DNA from: Candidatus Nealsonbacteria bacterium
GTDB lineage: Bacteria; Patescibacteriota; Minisyncoccia; Minisyncoccales; RBG-13-42-11
Reading direction: 5' to 3'
Assembly (NCBI GenBank): GCA_026396095.1
Contig: JAPLXK010000005.1
Span: 1 to 41,599, forward strand
DNA: 41,599 nucleotides
The position numbers and the translations under genes are program-made. Position 1 is the stretch's first letter. Every line of letters starts with the position of its first letter. The notes beneath the pieces were generated by a model. It was not told the DNA's origin. It worked only from the letters and a program-made list of their open reading frames with translations, and ran no database searches. Below, in pieces: positions 9,310 through 20,200 of the stretch.

Positions 9310-9741
9310 ATGAAACCATACGAAATAGCTTATTTAATATCGTCCGAACTGTCGGAAGAAGAGGTTCGGACTTTCCAGGGTAAAATTACATCCTTTGTCA
9401 AAGAAGAAGAGGGTATTTTAGATGAAGCGAGAATGCCTTTAAGGAAAAGGCTTGCTTATCCGATAGAAAAACAGAACCGGGCCTATTTGGCTTTTTTCAC
9501 TTTCCAATTAAACCCCGATTCCCTGGTTAATTTGGAAAAAAAATTAAAAGCGGAAAATCAGATTCTCAGATATTTGATTCTGATCAAAAAACCGTTAAAA
9601 CCAATAAAAGAAAGGGTTAGAAAATTAAAAACTCAGCCGGAACCGGTTGATTTTGAAGAAAATAAGGCTTACATCGAAAAAGAAAAAAAGGTTGAGCTGA
9701 AAGAAATTGAAAAAAAATTAGAAGAAATTCTTAAAGAATGA
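9310..9741 (+). CDS. rpsF: 30S ribosomal protein S6 with long charged C-tail
   Basis: MKPYEIAYLI, RKRLAYPI, AYLAFFTF, ILRYLIL. Sits upstream of ssb-rpsR. Confidence 0.93.
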   Translation: MKPYEIAYLISSELSEEEVRTFQGKITSFVKEEEGILDEARMPLRKRLAYPIEKQNRAYLAFFTFQLNPDSLVNLEKKLKAENQILRYLILIKKPLKPIKERVRKLKTQPEPVDFEENKAYIEKEKKVELKEIEKKLEEILKE

Positions 9742-10175
9742 ACCTGAACAAAGCTTTTTTAATCGGACGCCTTACCCGCGACCCGGAAACAAAATCACTT
9801 CCATCCGGACAACCGGTAACATCTTTTGGGATGGCCACGGACAGATTTTATTACGACAAAAGCGGGGGGAAACAGCAAAAAACAGAATTTCATAATATAG
9901 TAATCTTCGGAAAGCTTGCCGAAGTCGCCGCTCAATATTTATTAAAAGGATCTTTGGCTTATATTGAAGGAAGAATACAAAACAGGACATGGAAAGACCA
10001 GTCGGGAAACCAAAAATACAGAAGCGAGATTATCGCTGAAAGAATGCAATTGGGACCGAAATCAGCAAAAAAAGAGACCAGTGGATTTGAACAAAAACCC
10101 CAAGAAGCTCCGGTCGAAGAAATTCCTATTATAGAAGAAGATAAAGAAATAGACGTAAAAGATATACCTTTTTAA
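9738..10175 (+). CDS. ssb: Single-stranded DNA-binding protein
   Basis: NKAFLIGRLTRDPE, TEFHNIV, KGSLAYIEGRIQNR, acidic tail ending DIPF. Confidence 0.97.
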   Translation: MNLNKAFLIGRLTRDPETKSLPSGQPVTSFGMATDRFYYDKSGGKQQKTEFHNIVIFGKLAEVAAQYLLKGSLAYIEGRIQNRTWKDQSGNQKYRSEIIAERMQLGPKSAKKETSGFEQKPQEAPVEEIPIIEEDKEIDVKDIPF

Positions 10176-10185
10176 TTTTAAAACT

Positions 10186-10383
10186 ATGAGCTGTTTTTTT
10201 TGCCAACGCAACATAAGAGAAATTGATTTCAAAGAACCCCAGTTCCTGGAAAATTTTATTTCCGGTTCGGGAAAAATCAGGCCGAAAAAAAGAACCGGAG
10301 TTTGTTCCGGTCATCAAAGAAAATTGGCGATAGCGATTAAAAGAGCCAGATTTTTAGGCCTCCTCTCCGCTACTTCTAAGTAG
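10186..10383 (+). CDS. rpsR: 30S ribosomal protein S18 (Cys-containing, probable Zn-binding form)
   Basis: [43 protein letters not shown]. Confidence 0.95.
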   Translation: MSCFFCQRNIREIDFKEPQFLENFISGSGKIRPKKRTGVCSGHQRKLAIAIKRARFLGLLSATSK

Positions 10384-11361
10384 CAGCTCTTTAATTTTTT
10401 CCGTAATTTCCTTATTTGCTTTCAAGAACTCTTTGCTGGATTCTGTCCCCTGTCCAAGCTGCGTATCTTCAAATTGGAGCCAAGAACCGGCTCTTTTTAT
10501 TATTCCCGTTTTTATGCCAAAGCTTATGATATCTCCCTCGTATGATATGCCCTCATTGTAATAAATATCAAACTCGGTTGTTTTAAAAGGAGGAGCAACC
10601 TTGTTTTTTACTATTTTCGCTTTAATTCTGGAGCCTATAACCTCTTCTCCGTGCTTTATCTGGCCTATCCTTTTTAATTCAATTCTTGCTGAAGCGTAAA
10701 ATTTTAAAGCCAGACCGCCGGAAGTTGTTTCCGGATTTCCCCATGCAACCCCGATCTTCATTCTTGTTTGGTTTAAAAATATTACTATTGTTTTGGTCTT
10801 GGCAATAAGGCCGGAAAGCTTTCTTAGGGCCTGAGACATTAATCTTGCTTGAAGGCCGATCTGAAATTCTCCCATTTCTCCGGCAATTTCCGCCCTAGGA
10901 ACTAAGGCGGCAACCGAGTCAATTACGATGACGTCAACATCTTCAGATTTAACTAAGGTCTCAACAATCTGTAAAGCCTGCTCCCCTGAATCGGGTTGGG
11001 AGATTAAAAGCTCGTCAATATTGACTCCGATTCTTCTGGCGTAATCAGGATCCAGGGCATGCTCGGCATCAATAAAAGCCCCTATTCCTTTTCTTTTTTG
11101 GGCTTCAGCTATAATATGAAGCGCCAAGGTGGTTTTTCCCGAGCTTTCCGAGCCGAATATTTCAATCACTCTTCCTCTCGGAACTCCGCCTACCCCCAAG
11201 GCAAGATCCATGGAAATTGATCCTGTCGGGATTGCATCAACGTTTACCGCTCTGACATCTTTTAATTTCATTATCGCCCCGTCTCCGAATCTTTGCTTTA
11301 TTTCATCCACTGCTTCCTGTAATTTTATATTTTCGCTTTTTGTTTCTTTTTTCTTGATCAT
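10354..11361 (-). CDS. recA: Recombinase A
   Basis: [76 protein letters not shown]. Confidence 0.98.
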   Translation of the reverse strand: MIKKKETKSENIKLQEAVDEIKQRFGDGAIMKLKDVRAVNVDAIPTGSISMDLALGVGGVPRGRVIEIFGSESSGKTTLALHIIAEAQKRKGIGAFIDAEHALDPDYARRIGVNIDELLISQPDSGEQALQIVETLVKSEDVDVIVIDSVAALVPRAEIAGEMGEFQIGLQARLMSQALRKLSGLIAKTKTIVIFLNQTRMKIGVAWGNPETTSGGLALKFYASARIELKRIGQIKHGEEVIGSRIKAKIVKNKVAPPFKTTEFDIYYNEGISYEGDIISFGIKTGIIKRAGSWLQFEDTQLGQGTESSKEFLKANKEITEKIKELLLRSSGEEA

Positions 11362-11370
11362 ATTATTTAT

Positions 11371-11379
11371 ATTTTAACA
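11371..11379 (-). promoter_or_regulatory. Putative extended -10 promoter of recA
   Basis: Minus strand TGTTAAAAT, 9 nt before the ATG, inside the 26-bp ftsK-recA gap. Confidence 0.5.
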
Positions 11380-11387
11380 CAAAATAA

Positions 11388-13622
11388 TTACACTTTTTTC
11401 CATTCCTCATCTTCGGAAAATTCTTCTTTTTCATCCGCCATTTCTGGCTGGGGAATTTCCGATTTGGAAAAAACCTCTCTCGCCTTCGATCCTTCTCCCG
11501 GACCGACCACTCCTTCGCTTTCAAGCTCGTCCAAAATTCGAGCCGCGCGGGCATAACCGAGCTTTAATCTTCTTTGCAAAAAAGAAGCCGAGGCTTTTTT
11601 AAATTCAATTACGGTTTTTTTTGCCTCTTCATAAAGAGGGTCTTTCTCTCCCGAAGATCCTTGATACTCTGCCTCTCCGTTCAGGCTTCTCACTAAATCT
11701 TGGCTCAAATGGTTTTGAGAAGCGCCTTCCTGAAAATTATCCAAACTTGAATCAAATCCGTGTTCAGTGGGAAAGTTCTGATCTTTTATAAAATCAACCA
11801 CTCTCTTTACTTCCTTTTCCGAGACATAAGATCCCTGGACTCTTTTTGGCTTGGCCACGTCAGCGGAAATAAACAAAAGATCCCCCGATCCTATAAGCTT
11901 TTCTGCTCCGCCTGTATCGATAACGGTCCTAGAATCAACTTGAGATGCAACCTGGAAGGTAACCCTGGAAGTAATGTTGGCCTTAATCAGGCCCGTAATT
12001 ATTTCCACTGAAGGCCTCTGGGTTGCAACGATCAAATGAATTCCAACCGCTCTTGCCATTTGGGCCAGCCTGACAATTCCCGCCTCAATCTCTCTTCCTT
12101 TGGCTGCCATTAAATCAGCCAGCTCATCAATAATTAAAATAATGTAGGGCAAGGGCTCTTCTCCGTCTTTTAAAACCTTGCTGTTGTAGCTTAAAATGTC
12201 ACGGGATCCTTTGTCGGATAAAACTTCAAATCTTCTTTCCATTTCGTGAACCAGCCATTTTAAGGCATTAACCGATCTTTGAGCGTCAAAAATTACCGGA
12301 GCAAGCAAGTGAGGAAGTTCTTTGTAGGAATTAAATTCCACCCTTTTCGGATCTATAAGAATAAGACGCAATGTTTCCGGAGAGTTTTGGTAAAGCAGAG
12401 TGAGAATCAGATTATTTAAAAATATTGTTTTTCCCGTTCCCGTAGCGCCTGCTACCAATAAATGGGGCATCCTGGCTAAATCGGCATAAATGGAATTTCC
12501 GGAAACGTCTCTTCCCAGAGTGAGGGTTAATCTGGAAAAAGAATTTTGAAAATTAGGATCAGCGATCAGTCCTCTCAATCTGACTTTGCACCTTTCTTTA
12601 TTGGGAACCTCAATTCCCACCAAAGATTTCCCGGGAATAGGCGCCTCAATTCTGATAGGATGGCTTGCTAAGGCCAAGGAAAGATTATTGTTCAAAGCGG
12701 TAATCTTTGAAAGCATGATTCCTTCGGCCGGCTTCAAAGTATATTGAGTAACCGTGGGCCCGATATTTATTTCCGACATTTCCACTCCAAGGCCAAAATT
12801 TTCCAGTGTTTTTTTAATAATCGCTGAATTGGTAACCGTATCCCCGGCTAAGGGTTTTCCCTTGTCAGCTTCCAATAAATCCAAGGGAGGCATTTTATAT
12901 TCTGTTCCCGATTTTTTAGAAAAACGGGGAATGTCTTTAGATTTTAATTCTAGAATCGGCTCTTCTATTTTTGCCGTCGATTCTTTGATTCTCGGTTCAA
13001 CTTCCTTGCTTCTAAATTTAGGAATAAATATCTTCTGAATAAAAGAAGGTTCTTTCTCTGGTCCCTGTTCTAAAAGTGATTTTTTATCTTTACCGTTTTC
13101 TTTTTCCTGGGGCATCCTCGTTAAGTGCCAAAAAATCACCCCTCCTATAAAAATTACTGCTCCAAAAACTATTTTTGCCACGAGAGGGCTGAAAAATTTC
13201 AAAAACGGCCAGCCTAAAGCGTATCCTATCAGACCGCCGCTTCTTTGGGCCGGACTAAAACTTTCTAAAATTCCGGTAATGCCCAATATAAGAATAAAAA
13301 TTGCTAAAATCGAAGGAGTGACGAATTTCTCGTATCTAGTAACGAAAAAGACTAGACTTCCAAGTATTAAAATAAGGGGGGTGGCAAAAATCGCTTTACC
13401 AATTAAAAAGGTAAGGCCTGTCATTATCGCCTTACCTGCCACTCCGGCTAAGTCAAAAAAGCTCAAAGCAACAATTATAGCCAGAATAAAAGTGATTATT
13501 CCCAGAATCCATCTTTTGGTCTGATCGGGCAAAGAAAAAATACTAGACTTTTCACTCTTTTCTTTTGGCTTTTTTTGTCCCCCGAATAACTGATTTTTTT
13601 TGTTTTTCTTCTTCATTAACAA
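11388..13622 (-). CDS. ftsK: DNA translocase FtsK/SpoIIIE
   Basis: N-terminal TM helices, IRIEAPIPGK, PHLLVAGATGTGKT, IDPKR, IIDELADLM, ATQRPS, gamma domain QRRLKLGYARAARILD. Start may be the second Met at 13616. Confidence 0.95.
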   Translation of the reverse strand: MLMKKKNKKNQLFGGQKKPKEKSEKSSIFSLPDQTKRWILGIITFILAIIVALSFFDLAGVAGKAIMTGLTFLIGKAIFATPLILILGSLVFFVTRYEKFVTPSILAIFILILGITGILESFSPAQRSGGLIGYALGWPFLKFFSPLVAKIVFGAVIFIGGVIFWHLTRMPQEKENGKDKKSLLEQGPEKEPSFIQKIFIPKFRSKEVEPRIKESTAKIEEPILELKSKDIPRFSKKSGTEYKMPPLDLLEADKGKPLAGDTVTNSAIIKKTLENFGLGVEMSEINIGPTVTQYTLKPAEGIMLSKITALNNNLSLALASHPIRIEAPIPGKSLVGIEVPNKERCKVRLRGLIADPNFQNSFSRLTLTLGRDVSGNSIYADLARMPHLLVAGATGTGKTIFLNNLILTLLYQNSPETLRLILIDPKRVEFNSYKELPHLLAPVIFDAQRSVNALKWLVHEMERRFEVLSDKGSRDILSYNSKVLKDGEEPLPYIILIIDELADLMAAKGREIEAGIVRLAQMARAVGIHLIVATQRPSVEIITGLIKANITSRVTFQVASQVDSRTVIDTGGAEKLIGSGDLLFISADVAKPKRVQGSYVSEKEVKRVVDFIKDQNFPTEHGFDSSLDNFQEGASQNHLSQDLVRSLNGEAEYQGSSGEKDPLYEEAKKTVIEFKKASASFLQRRLKLGYARAARILDELESEGVVGPGEGSKAREVFSKSEIPQPEMADEKEEFSEDEEWKKV

Positions 13623-16600
13623 ATCCCGTTCCTGCTGGTATTAGTTTACCAATAATTACATTTTCTTTCAATCCTCTTAATCTGTCTTCTTTTCCTTCCA
13701 AAGCAGCTTTAATCAAAACTCTTGATGTTTCTTGGAAAGAAGCTGCTGAGAGGAAACTGTCGGTAGTCAGGGCCACCTTTGAAATACCCAATAAGACAGA
13801 AATGGCTTGGGCAGGTTGTTTTTTTTCTTTTTTCAAACGGATGTTTTCTTCCAAAAACTTTGTTCTGTCCGTTATTTCTCCAACATTGAAAACAGAATCT
13901 CCGGAATCTTTTATTTTTACCCGGGAAAACATCTGGCGGCAAATGATTTCAACGTGCTTGTCGTTGATCGAAGCGCCCTGGGAAGCGTAAATCTTCTGAA
14001 TTCCTTTGATGATATATCTCTTGGTCTCTTCTTCTCCGACTGTTTTAAATAATTCTTTCAGCTCTAAATTTCCCTCGCAAAGCTGCTGGCCTTTTTTAAC
14101 TTCTTCGCCTACGCTAACAAAAATAGCTGTTTTTGCCGGTATCTTATATTCCACCAAAGGAGTGTTGTCTTTTTTGAAAATGCGCCCGATAATTCCCGAT
14201 TCCTTTTTGGTTTTTACCTTCTTATCTACTGTCTTTACTTTTATTATCCTATCCGAAGTTATTTCCATAACCCTCCCGTCGACTTCTGAAATTTCCGCTT
14301 TCCCTCCCGGACTCCTGGCTTCAAAAATTTCCTGAACCCTGGGCAGACCGAAAGTAATATCAGCGCCTCCGGCCACTCCTCCGGTGTGGAATGTTCTCAT
14401 TGTCAATTGAGTGCCTGGCTCTCCAATTGCCTGAGCGGCCACGATCCCGACCGCCTCTCCTATCTTTACCATACTATTTTTTCCCAAATCCCAACCGTAA
14501 CATTTCTGACACATTCCTCTTGGAGCCTTGCAACTTAAAGGGGATCGTATTGTGACTTTTTCTATATTGTCGGCAATTATTTTCTCCGCTTTTTCCCAGT
14601 CAATAATTTCTCCTTTTTTACAAATACCGGTTATCGTTTCCATATTTACCCTTCCTAATATCTTATAAAGGAAATTTTGTCCGATTTCATCGGCATCTTT
14701 CCTGCTCACGACAAACCCCTCTTCGTCCCCGCAATCTTCTTTAAAAATTATCACCTCATGGGCCACATCAACCAATCTCCTGGTCAAATAACCGGCCGTG
14801 GATGTTCTTAGGGCGGTATCAGCCGTTCCTTTTCTGGCTCCGTGAGTGGAAATAAAGTATTCCAAAACATCAAAGCCTTCTTTAAAAGAACTTTTTACAG
14901 GCAGCTCAATGATTTGTCCGGCAGGATTGATAACCAACCCTTTCATTCCCGTCATCTGGACCGGCTGAGACCAGGAGCCCCTGGAACCGGAATCGATTAT
15001 TTGGAAAACCGAACCGTCCTGGGAAAGAGTTTTTGGCACCAATACTTCTATTTCTGTTTTAATTCTGCTCCAGATTTCAATAACCTTGCTAGTTTTTTCT
15101 TCCCTTGAGAGCAGTCCTTTCTTGAAGTGCTCTTCTATTCTCTCCACTTCCTTCTCGGCATTTTGCATAATTTTTTCTTTTTCCGGAGGAACGGTCAAAT
15201 CATCCATGCCCCAGGAAATTCCGGACCAGGTTGCATATTCAAAACCAAGGCTTTTTATTTTATCCAAGGCTTCTTCCGTCTTTTCAGCCGAATATCTTTC
15301 AATAAGGAACCTGCTTATTTTTTCCAGATCTTTTGCCCTCACGATACTGTTATGGAAAGGATAATCGTCTGGCAAGCATTCGTTAAAAATAATCCTGCCA
15401 ACGCTAGTTTCGCTGATCTGGGGATTTAAAATATTTATTTTCGCCTTAATTTCTATTTCTCCGAACTCATAGGTTATGATCGCATCTTCTTTGTTTAAAA
15501 ATGTTTTTCCTTCTCCTTTCGCTCCATCCTTGATTTTGGTCAGAAAATAACAGCCTAAGCTGATGTCCTGATAAAGGGTAACTATCGGTATGCCTGTAGC
15601 CGGCTTTAAAAGATTAAGTGTGGAAAGCATTATTTCTCTTGCTTCTCTTTGAGCTATGTCAGAAAGAGGCAAGTGAACCGCCATCTGGTCGCCGTCAAAG
15701 TCTGCGTTAAAAGCTTTACAAACCAAAGGGGGGACCTGAATCGCTTCTCCTTCAACAAGAATAGGATAAAAAGCCTGGACTCCTAAACGGTGGAGAGTCG
15801 GAGCTCTGTTTAATAAAACAACCTTATCTTTTACCACCTCTTCCAAATTGGCCCAGACCTCGTCTCCTTCTTCCTCAATCAGCTTGGAGGCGCCTCTGAC
15901 GTTAAAAGCCATTTCCTTTTCCAGGATTTTCTTAATAACAAAAGGTTTGAAAAGCTCCAAAGCCATTTTCTTGGGAATTCCCACCTGGTTTATTTTTAAG
16001 TCCGGCCCGACGACGATAACAGACCTTCCGGAGTAATCAACTCTTTTTCCCAAAAGGTTCTGCCTGAATCTTCCTTGTTTTCCTTTCAGAATGTCTGCCA
16101 ATGATTTAAGCAGTCTTTTCCCTCCCGTAGTGGCAACGGTCATTGTCCCCTTTCTCATTCCGTTATCAATAAGCGCGTCAACCGCTTCCTGAAGCATTCT
16201 TTTTTCATTTCTGACAATAACCTCGGGGGAGCCTATTTCTAAAAGATATTTTAATCTGTTGTTGCGGTTGATAACCCTTCGATACAGATCGTTTAAGTCG
16301 GAGGAAGCGTATCGTCCTCCATCCAATTGAACCATGGGCCTGAGGTCAGGGGGTAAAACCGGCAAAACGGTTAAAAACATCCATTCCGGCCTGACTCCGG
16401 ATTTCAGCATTCCCTGTAAAATCTTTATCCTGGCTAATATCTTTCTCTTGACCAAGGGCTGGGCGGTCTCGAGCAATTTCTGCATTTCTTCCGTTTCTTT
16501 CTTAAGGTCTATTTTCTCAAATATTTTTCTTAAAGCTTCAGATCCTGTTTCCGCCTCAAAAGCTTCAGCGTATTTTAAGGAAAGGTCGTGGTAATCAACT

Positions 16601-17208
16601 TCTGAAAGTGTCTTTAAGGGCTTAAGGCTTGCAATTTCATCTTTGGCCGCATCCCTTGATTTCTTTAAAGCATCTGCTTCGGCATTAATAGATTTAGCGT
16701 CTTTCGCATCTTTTATTCTGCTCTTTAAGCTTTTTAATTTTATCTTGTATTCTTTTTCAATCTCTTCCAGCGCTTTTGTCTTGGCTTCCTCGTTGGTCTT
16801 AATGATAATGTATGAAGCGAAATAAATTACCCTTTCCATTTGCTGCATGGGAATATTCAAAACCATTCCCATTCTTGAAGGAACTCCTCTTAAAAACCAA
16901 ATGTGGGCGCAAGGGCTGGCCAGTTTGATGTGTCCCATTCTTTCTCTTCTCACCTGCGCCTTGGTCACTTCCACCCCGCACCTGTCGCAGACTATTCCCT
17001 TATAGCGGATTCTTTTATATTTTCCGCAATAGCATTCGTAGTCTTTGGTGGGGCCGAAAATCTTTTCGCAAAACAAACCGTCTTTCTCCGCTTTTTGGGT
17101 GCGGTAATTGATGGTTTCCGGCTCAGTCACTTCGCCAAAAGACCAATTCAAAACATCTTCGGGCGAGGCTAGTTTTATTCTAATGGCTTCTAGTTCTGAT
17201 ACGCGCAT
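13552..17208 (-). CDS. rpoC: RNA polymerase beta' subunit
   Basis: Zn finger CYC...CDRC, GKRVDYSGRSVI, NADFDGDQM, GEPGTQLTMRTFH, SAASFQET, ENVIIGKLIPAGTG. Confidence 0.99.
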   Translation of the reverse strand: MRVSELEAIRIKLASPEDVLNWSFGEVTEPETINYRTQKAEKDGLFCEKIFGPTKDYECYCGKYKRIRYKGIVCDRCGVEVTKAQVRRERMGHIKLASPCAHIWFLRGVPSRMGMVLNIPMQQMERVIYFASYIIIKTNEEAKTKALEEIEKEYKIKLKSLKSRIKDAKDAKSINAEADALKKSRDAAKDEIASLKPLKTLSEVDYHDLSLKYAEAFEAETGSEALRKIFEKIDLKKETEEMQKLLETAQPLVKRKILARIKILQGMLKSGVRPEWMFLTVLPVLPPDLRPMVQLDGGRYASSDLNDLYRRVINRNNRLKYLLEIGSPEVIVRNEKRMLQEAVDALIDNGMRKGTMTVATTGGKRLLKSLADILKGKQGRFRQNLLGKRVDYSGRSVIVVGPDLKINQVGIPKKMALELFKPFVIKKILEKEMAFNVRGASKLIEEEGDEVWANLEEVVKDKVVLLNRAPTLHRLGVQAFYPILVEGEAIQVPPLVCKAFNADFDGDQMAVHLPLSDIAQREAREIMLSTLNLLKPATGIPIVTLYQDISLGCYFLTKIKDGAKGEGKTFLNKEDAIITYEFGEIEIKAKINILNPQISETSVGRIIFNECLPDDYPFHNSIVRAKDLEKISRFLIERYSAEKTEEALDKIKSLGFEYATWSGISWGMDDLTVPPEKEKIMQNAEKEVERIEEHFKKGLLSREEKTSKVIEIWSRIKTEIEVLVPKTLSQDGSVFQIIDSGSRGSWSQPVQMTGMKGLVINPAGQIIELPVKSSFKEGFDVLEYFISTHGARKGTADTALRTSTAGYLTRRLVDVAHEVIIFKEDCGDEEGFVVSRKDADEIGQNFLYKILGRVNMETITGICKKGEIIDWEKAEKIIADNIEKVTIRSPLSCKAPRGMCQKCYGWDLGKNSMVKIGEAVGIVAAQAIGEPGTQLTMRTFHTGGVAGGADITFGLPRVQEIFEARSPGGKAEISEVDGRVMEITSDRIIKVKTVDKKVKTKKESGIIGRIFKKDNTPLVEYKIPAKTAIFVSVGEEVKKGQQLCEGNLELKELFKTVGEEETKRYIIKGIQKIYASQGASINDKHVEIICRQMFSRVKIKDSGDSVFNVGEITDRTKFLEENIRLKKEKKQPAQAISVLLGISKVALTTDSFLSAASFQETSRVLIKAALEGKEDRLRGLKENVIIGKLIPAGTGFVNEEEKQKKSVIRGTKKAKRKE

Positions 17209-17247
17209 AGGATTAATACGAACTTGATAATATTTAAATAAAAAATG

Positions 17248-20200
17248 TTATATTCTCGGACGCTCTTCTTTAGGGCTTTCTTTCACTTCGACGCTCAAAC
17301 CCATTGATTTCAATTCCGCCACCAATAAGTTGAAGGAAGCGGGAACGCTGGGATTTCTTATCTCTTCCCCTTTTAATATCGCCTCATAGGTAGTAGCTCT
17401 TCCCGCAACATCATCTGACTTAATGGTTAACATTTCCTGCAAGGTGTAGGCCGCACCATACCCTTCCAGGGCCCAGACCTCCATTTCTCCAAACCTCTGT
17501 CCTCCGAATTGAGCTTTTCCTCCCAAGGGCTGCTGAGTGATCAAGGAATAAGGACCAATGCTTCTCATATGAATCTTGTCTTCCACCATATGGACAAGTT
17601 TCATCATATATATGTATCCGACCGTAAGCTTCTTGGGAAAGGGCAAACCCGTTCTTCCGTCGTATAAAGTAATCTTTCCGTCTTCCGGCAAGCCGGCTTC
17701 TTTAAGCTCTCTCTTTATGTCTTCCTCTGTAGCTCCAGCTAGAGCCGGAGTAATTGCTCTATAACCTAATTCTTTAGCCGCCCAGCCAAGGTGAGTTTCT
17801 AAAATCTGGCCGAGGTTCATTCTGGAAGCAACTGTCATGGGATTTAAAACAATATCAACCGGTGTGCCGTCTTCCATAAAAGGCATTTCTTCTACCGGCA
17901 AAACCTTGGAAATTACTCCTTTGTTTCCGTGCCTTCCGGCCAGCTTGTCACCGGCTTTAACTTTTCTCATCTGAGCCACTTCAACTTCAATCTTTTTTAT
18001 CACTCCGGGTTCCAGCTTGTGACCCTGTTCCCGAGAAAATACTTTGACGCCTATCACTCTTCCCCTTTTTCCGTGTTCTATCAAAAGAGACGTGTCTTTC
18101 ACTTCTCTGGCTTTTTCTCCGAAAATTGCCCTTAATAATCTTTCTTCCGCGGTTAGGTCTGCCTCTCCTTTGGGAGAAATTTTACCGACCAATATATCAT
18201 TCGGCCCGACTTCTGCTCCGACCTGGATGATTCCTTCCTCGTCCAGGTATTTTAATTTTTCCTCCGAAACATTGGGTATATCCGGGGTGGTGATTTCCGG
18301 TCCCAGTTTTGTTTCTCTGACATCGCAGCTGAAGCTTTCTATGTGGATTGATGTGTAAACATCATCTTTTACCAATCTCTCTGAAAGAATAATTGCGTCT
18401 TCAAAGTTTAATCCCCGCCAAGACATGAATCCCACCAGTATGTTCTGGCCCAGCGCCAAGGAGCCCTGAGAAATCGATCCTCCGTCGCTCAAAACATCTC
18501 CTTTTTTAATTTTCTGGCCTTTTTTAACTATCGGCTTCTGATGAAAACAAGTATATTGATTGCTCTTATTAAAGGTTCTCAGCTCGTAGGTTTTTAATTT
18601 AGAACCGCTGGTTGCTTCTTTTTGCCCTATAACAATATGCGCTCCGTCAACCTCAAGAACCACTCCGTCGGCGTCTGAGATAATTTCCAAGCCGGAATCC
18701 CTGGCTACCCGTTCCTCCACTCCGGTAGAAACCAAAGGAGGGGTCGGATTGAGCAAGGGAACAGACTGGCGCTGCATATTTGAGCCCATTAAAGCCCTGT
18801 TAGCGTCGTCGTTCTGTAAAAATGGAATACAAGAGGTGGCAATGGAAATAGACTGTTCTGAAGAAACATCAATAAAATCAATCTTATACTTATCGGTCAT
18901 TCCCGGCTCGCCTTTTATTCTGGCTTCAACTTTTTGGGAAGTAATATTTCCTTTATTATCAATTGCTACTGCGCCTGAAGCGATGTTGTATCTTTCCTCT
19001 TCATAAGCATTTAAATAATGGATTTCTGAGGTTACTTTTCCTTTTTCCACCTTGAAATAAGGGGTTTCCAAAAAACCGTAGCTGTTTATTCTTGAAAAAG
19101 AAGCCATGTGGCCGACTAATCCGATATTCGGCCCTTCCGGGGTTTGAATAGGACAAATTCTTCCGTAGTGAGAAGGCTGAACATCTCTTACTTCAAATCC
19201 AGCTCTTTCCCTGGTTAATCCGCCCGGACCGGTTGCCGATAATCTTCTTTTATGCTCGAGCTCGGCCAAAGGATTTTCGTTATCCATGAATTGGGACATC
19301 TGGGAAGAAGTAAAGAACTCTTTAACAACCGCCATGAAAGGCCTGGGGTTGATTAATTGGCCCGGAGTTAAAAAATCAACATCCAGAGTGGACATTCTGT
19401 CCTTAATGATTCTTTCCATTCTCATTAATCCCACCCTCAATCTGTTTTGCAATAATTCATTTAAAGTTCTCACTCTTCTGTTTCCCAAATGGTCGATCTG
19501 ATCAGCCACAGAGCCAGGAGTGTTATTAAGCCTTATAATTTCTTTAATAACAGCTGCAACATCTTCCAATTTCAACACCCTGTCTTTGATGGTTATTTCC
19601 TCGGCTGTTTTTTTACTCTTTACTGCATCCTTGTCTTCTTTTCCCGATTTTTTATTTTTAAAATTAGGGCTCAGTTCCGGCAATCTCTGCCACATTCTCC
19701 AGCGACCGACTTTAGAAATGTCGTATCTTTCGAAATTAAAAAACATGTTTTCGATCAGCTCTTTTGCCGTGTCGGGAGTGACTAAGTCACCCGGCCTTAT
19801 TCTGTGATATATTTCTACCAAGGCATCGGACTGATTGTGGGTCGTGTCTTTTTTCAACGTTTCCTCAATGTACTTAATTTCATTTCTGTCAACATCCTGA
19901 AACATTTCTTTTATCGCCTGGTCATCGGCGACGCCAAAAGCCCTTAACAGGGCAGTTGCTGAAATTTTTCTCTTTCTATCTATTTTTACTCCGATTGCAC
20001 CGGAAGAATCGGTTTCAAATTCCAACCAAGAACCACGGTTGGGAATAATTTTAGCGCCGAAATAATTTTTATCTCCTGTTTTTTGTTCGGTAAAAAAAGC
20101 TCCCGGAGAGCGGATTAGTTGAGAAATAGTTACCCTTTCCACCCCGTTAACAATAAAGGTTCCCCTTTCTGTCATCAGGGGAAAGTCGGTAAGAAAAACT

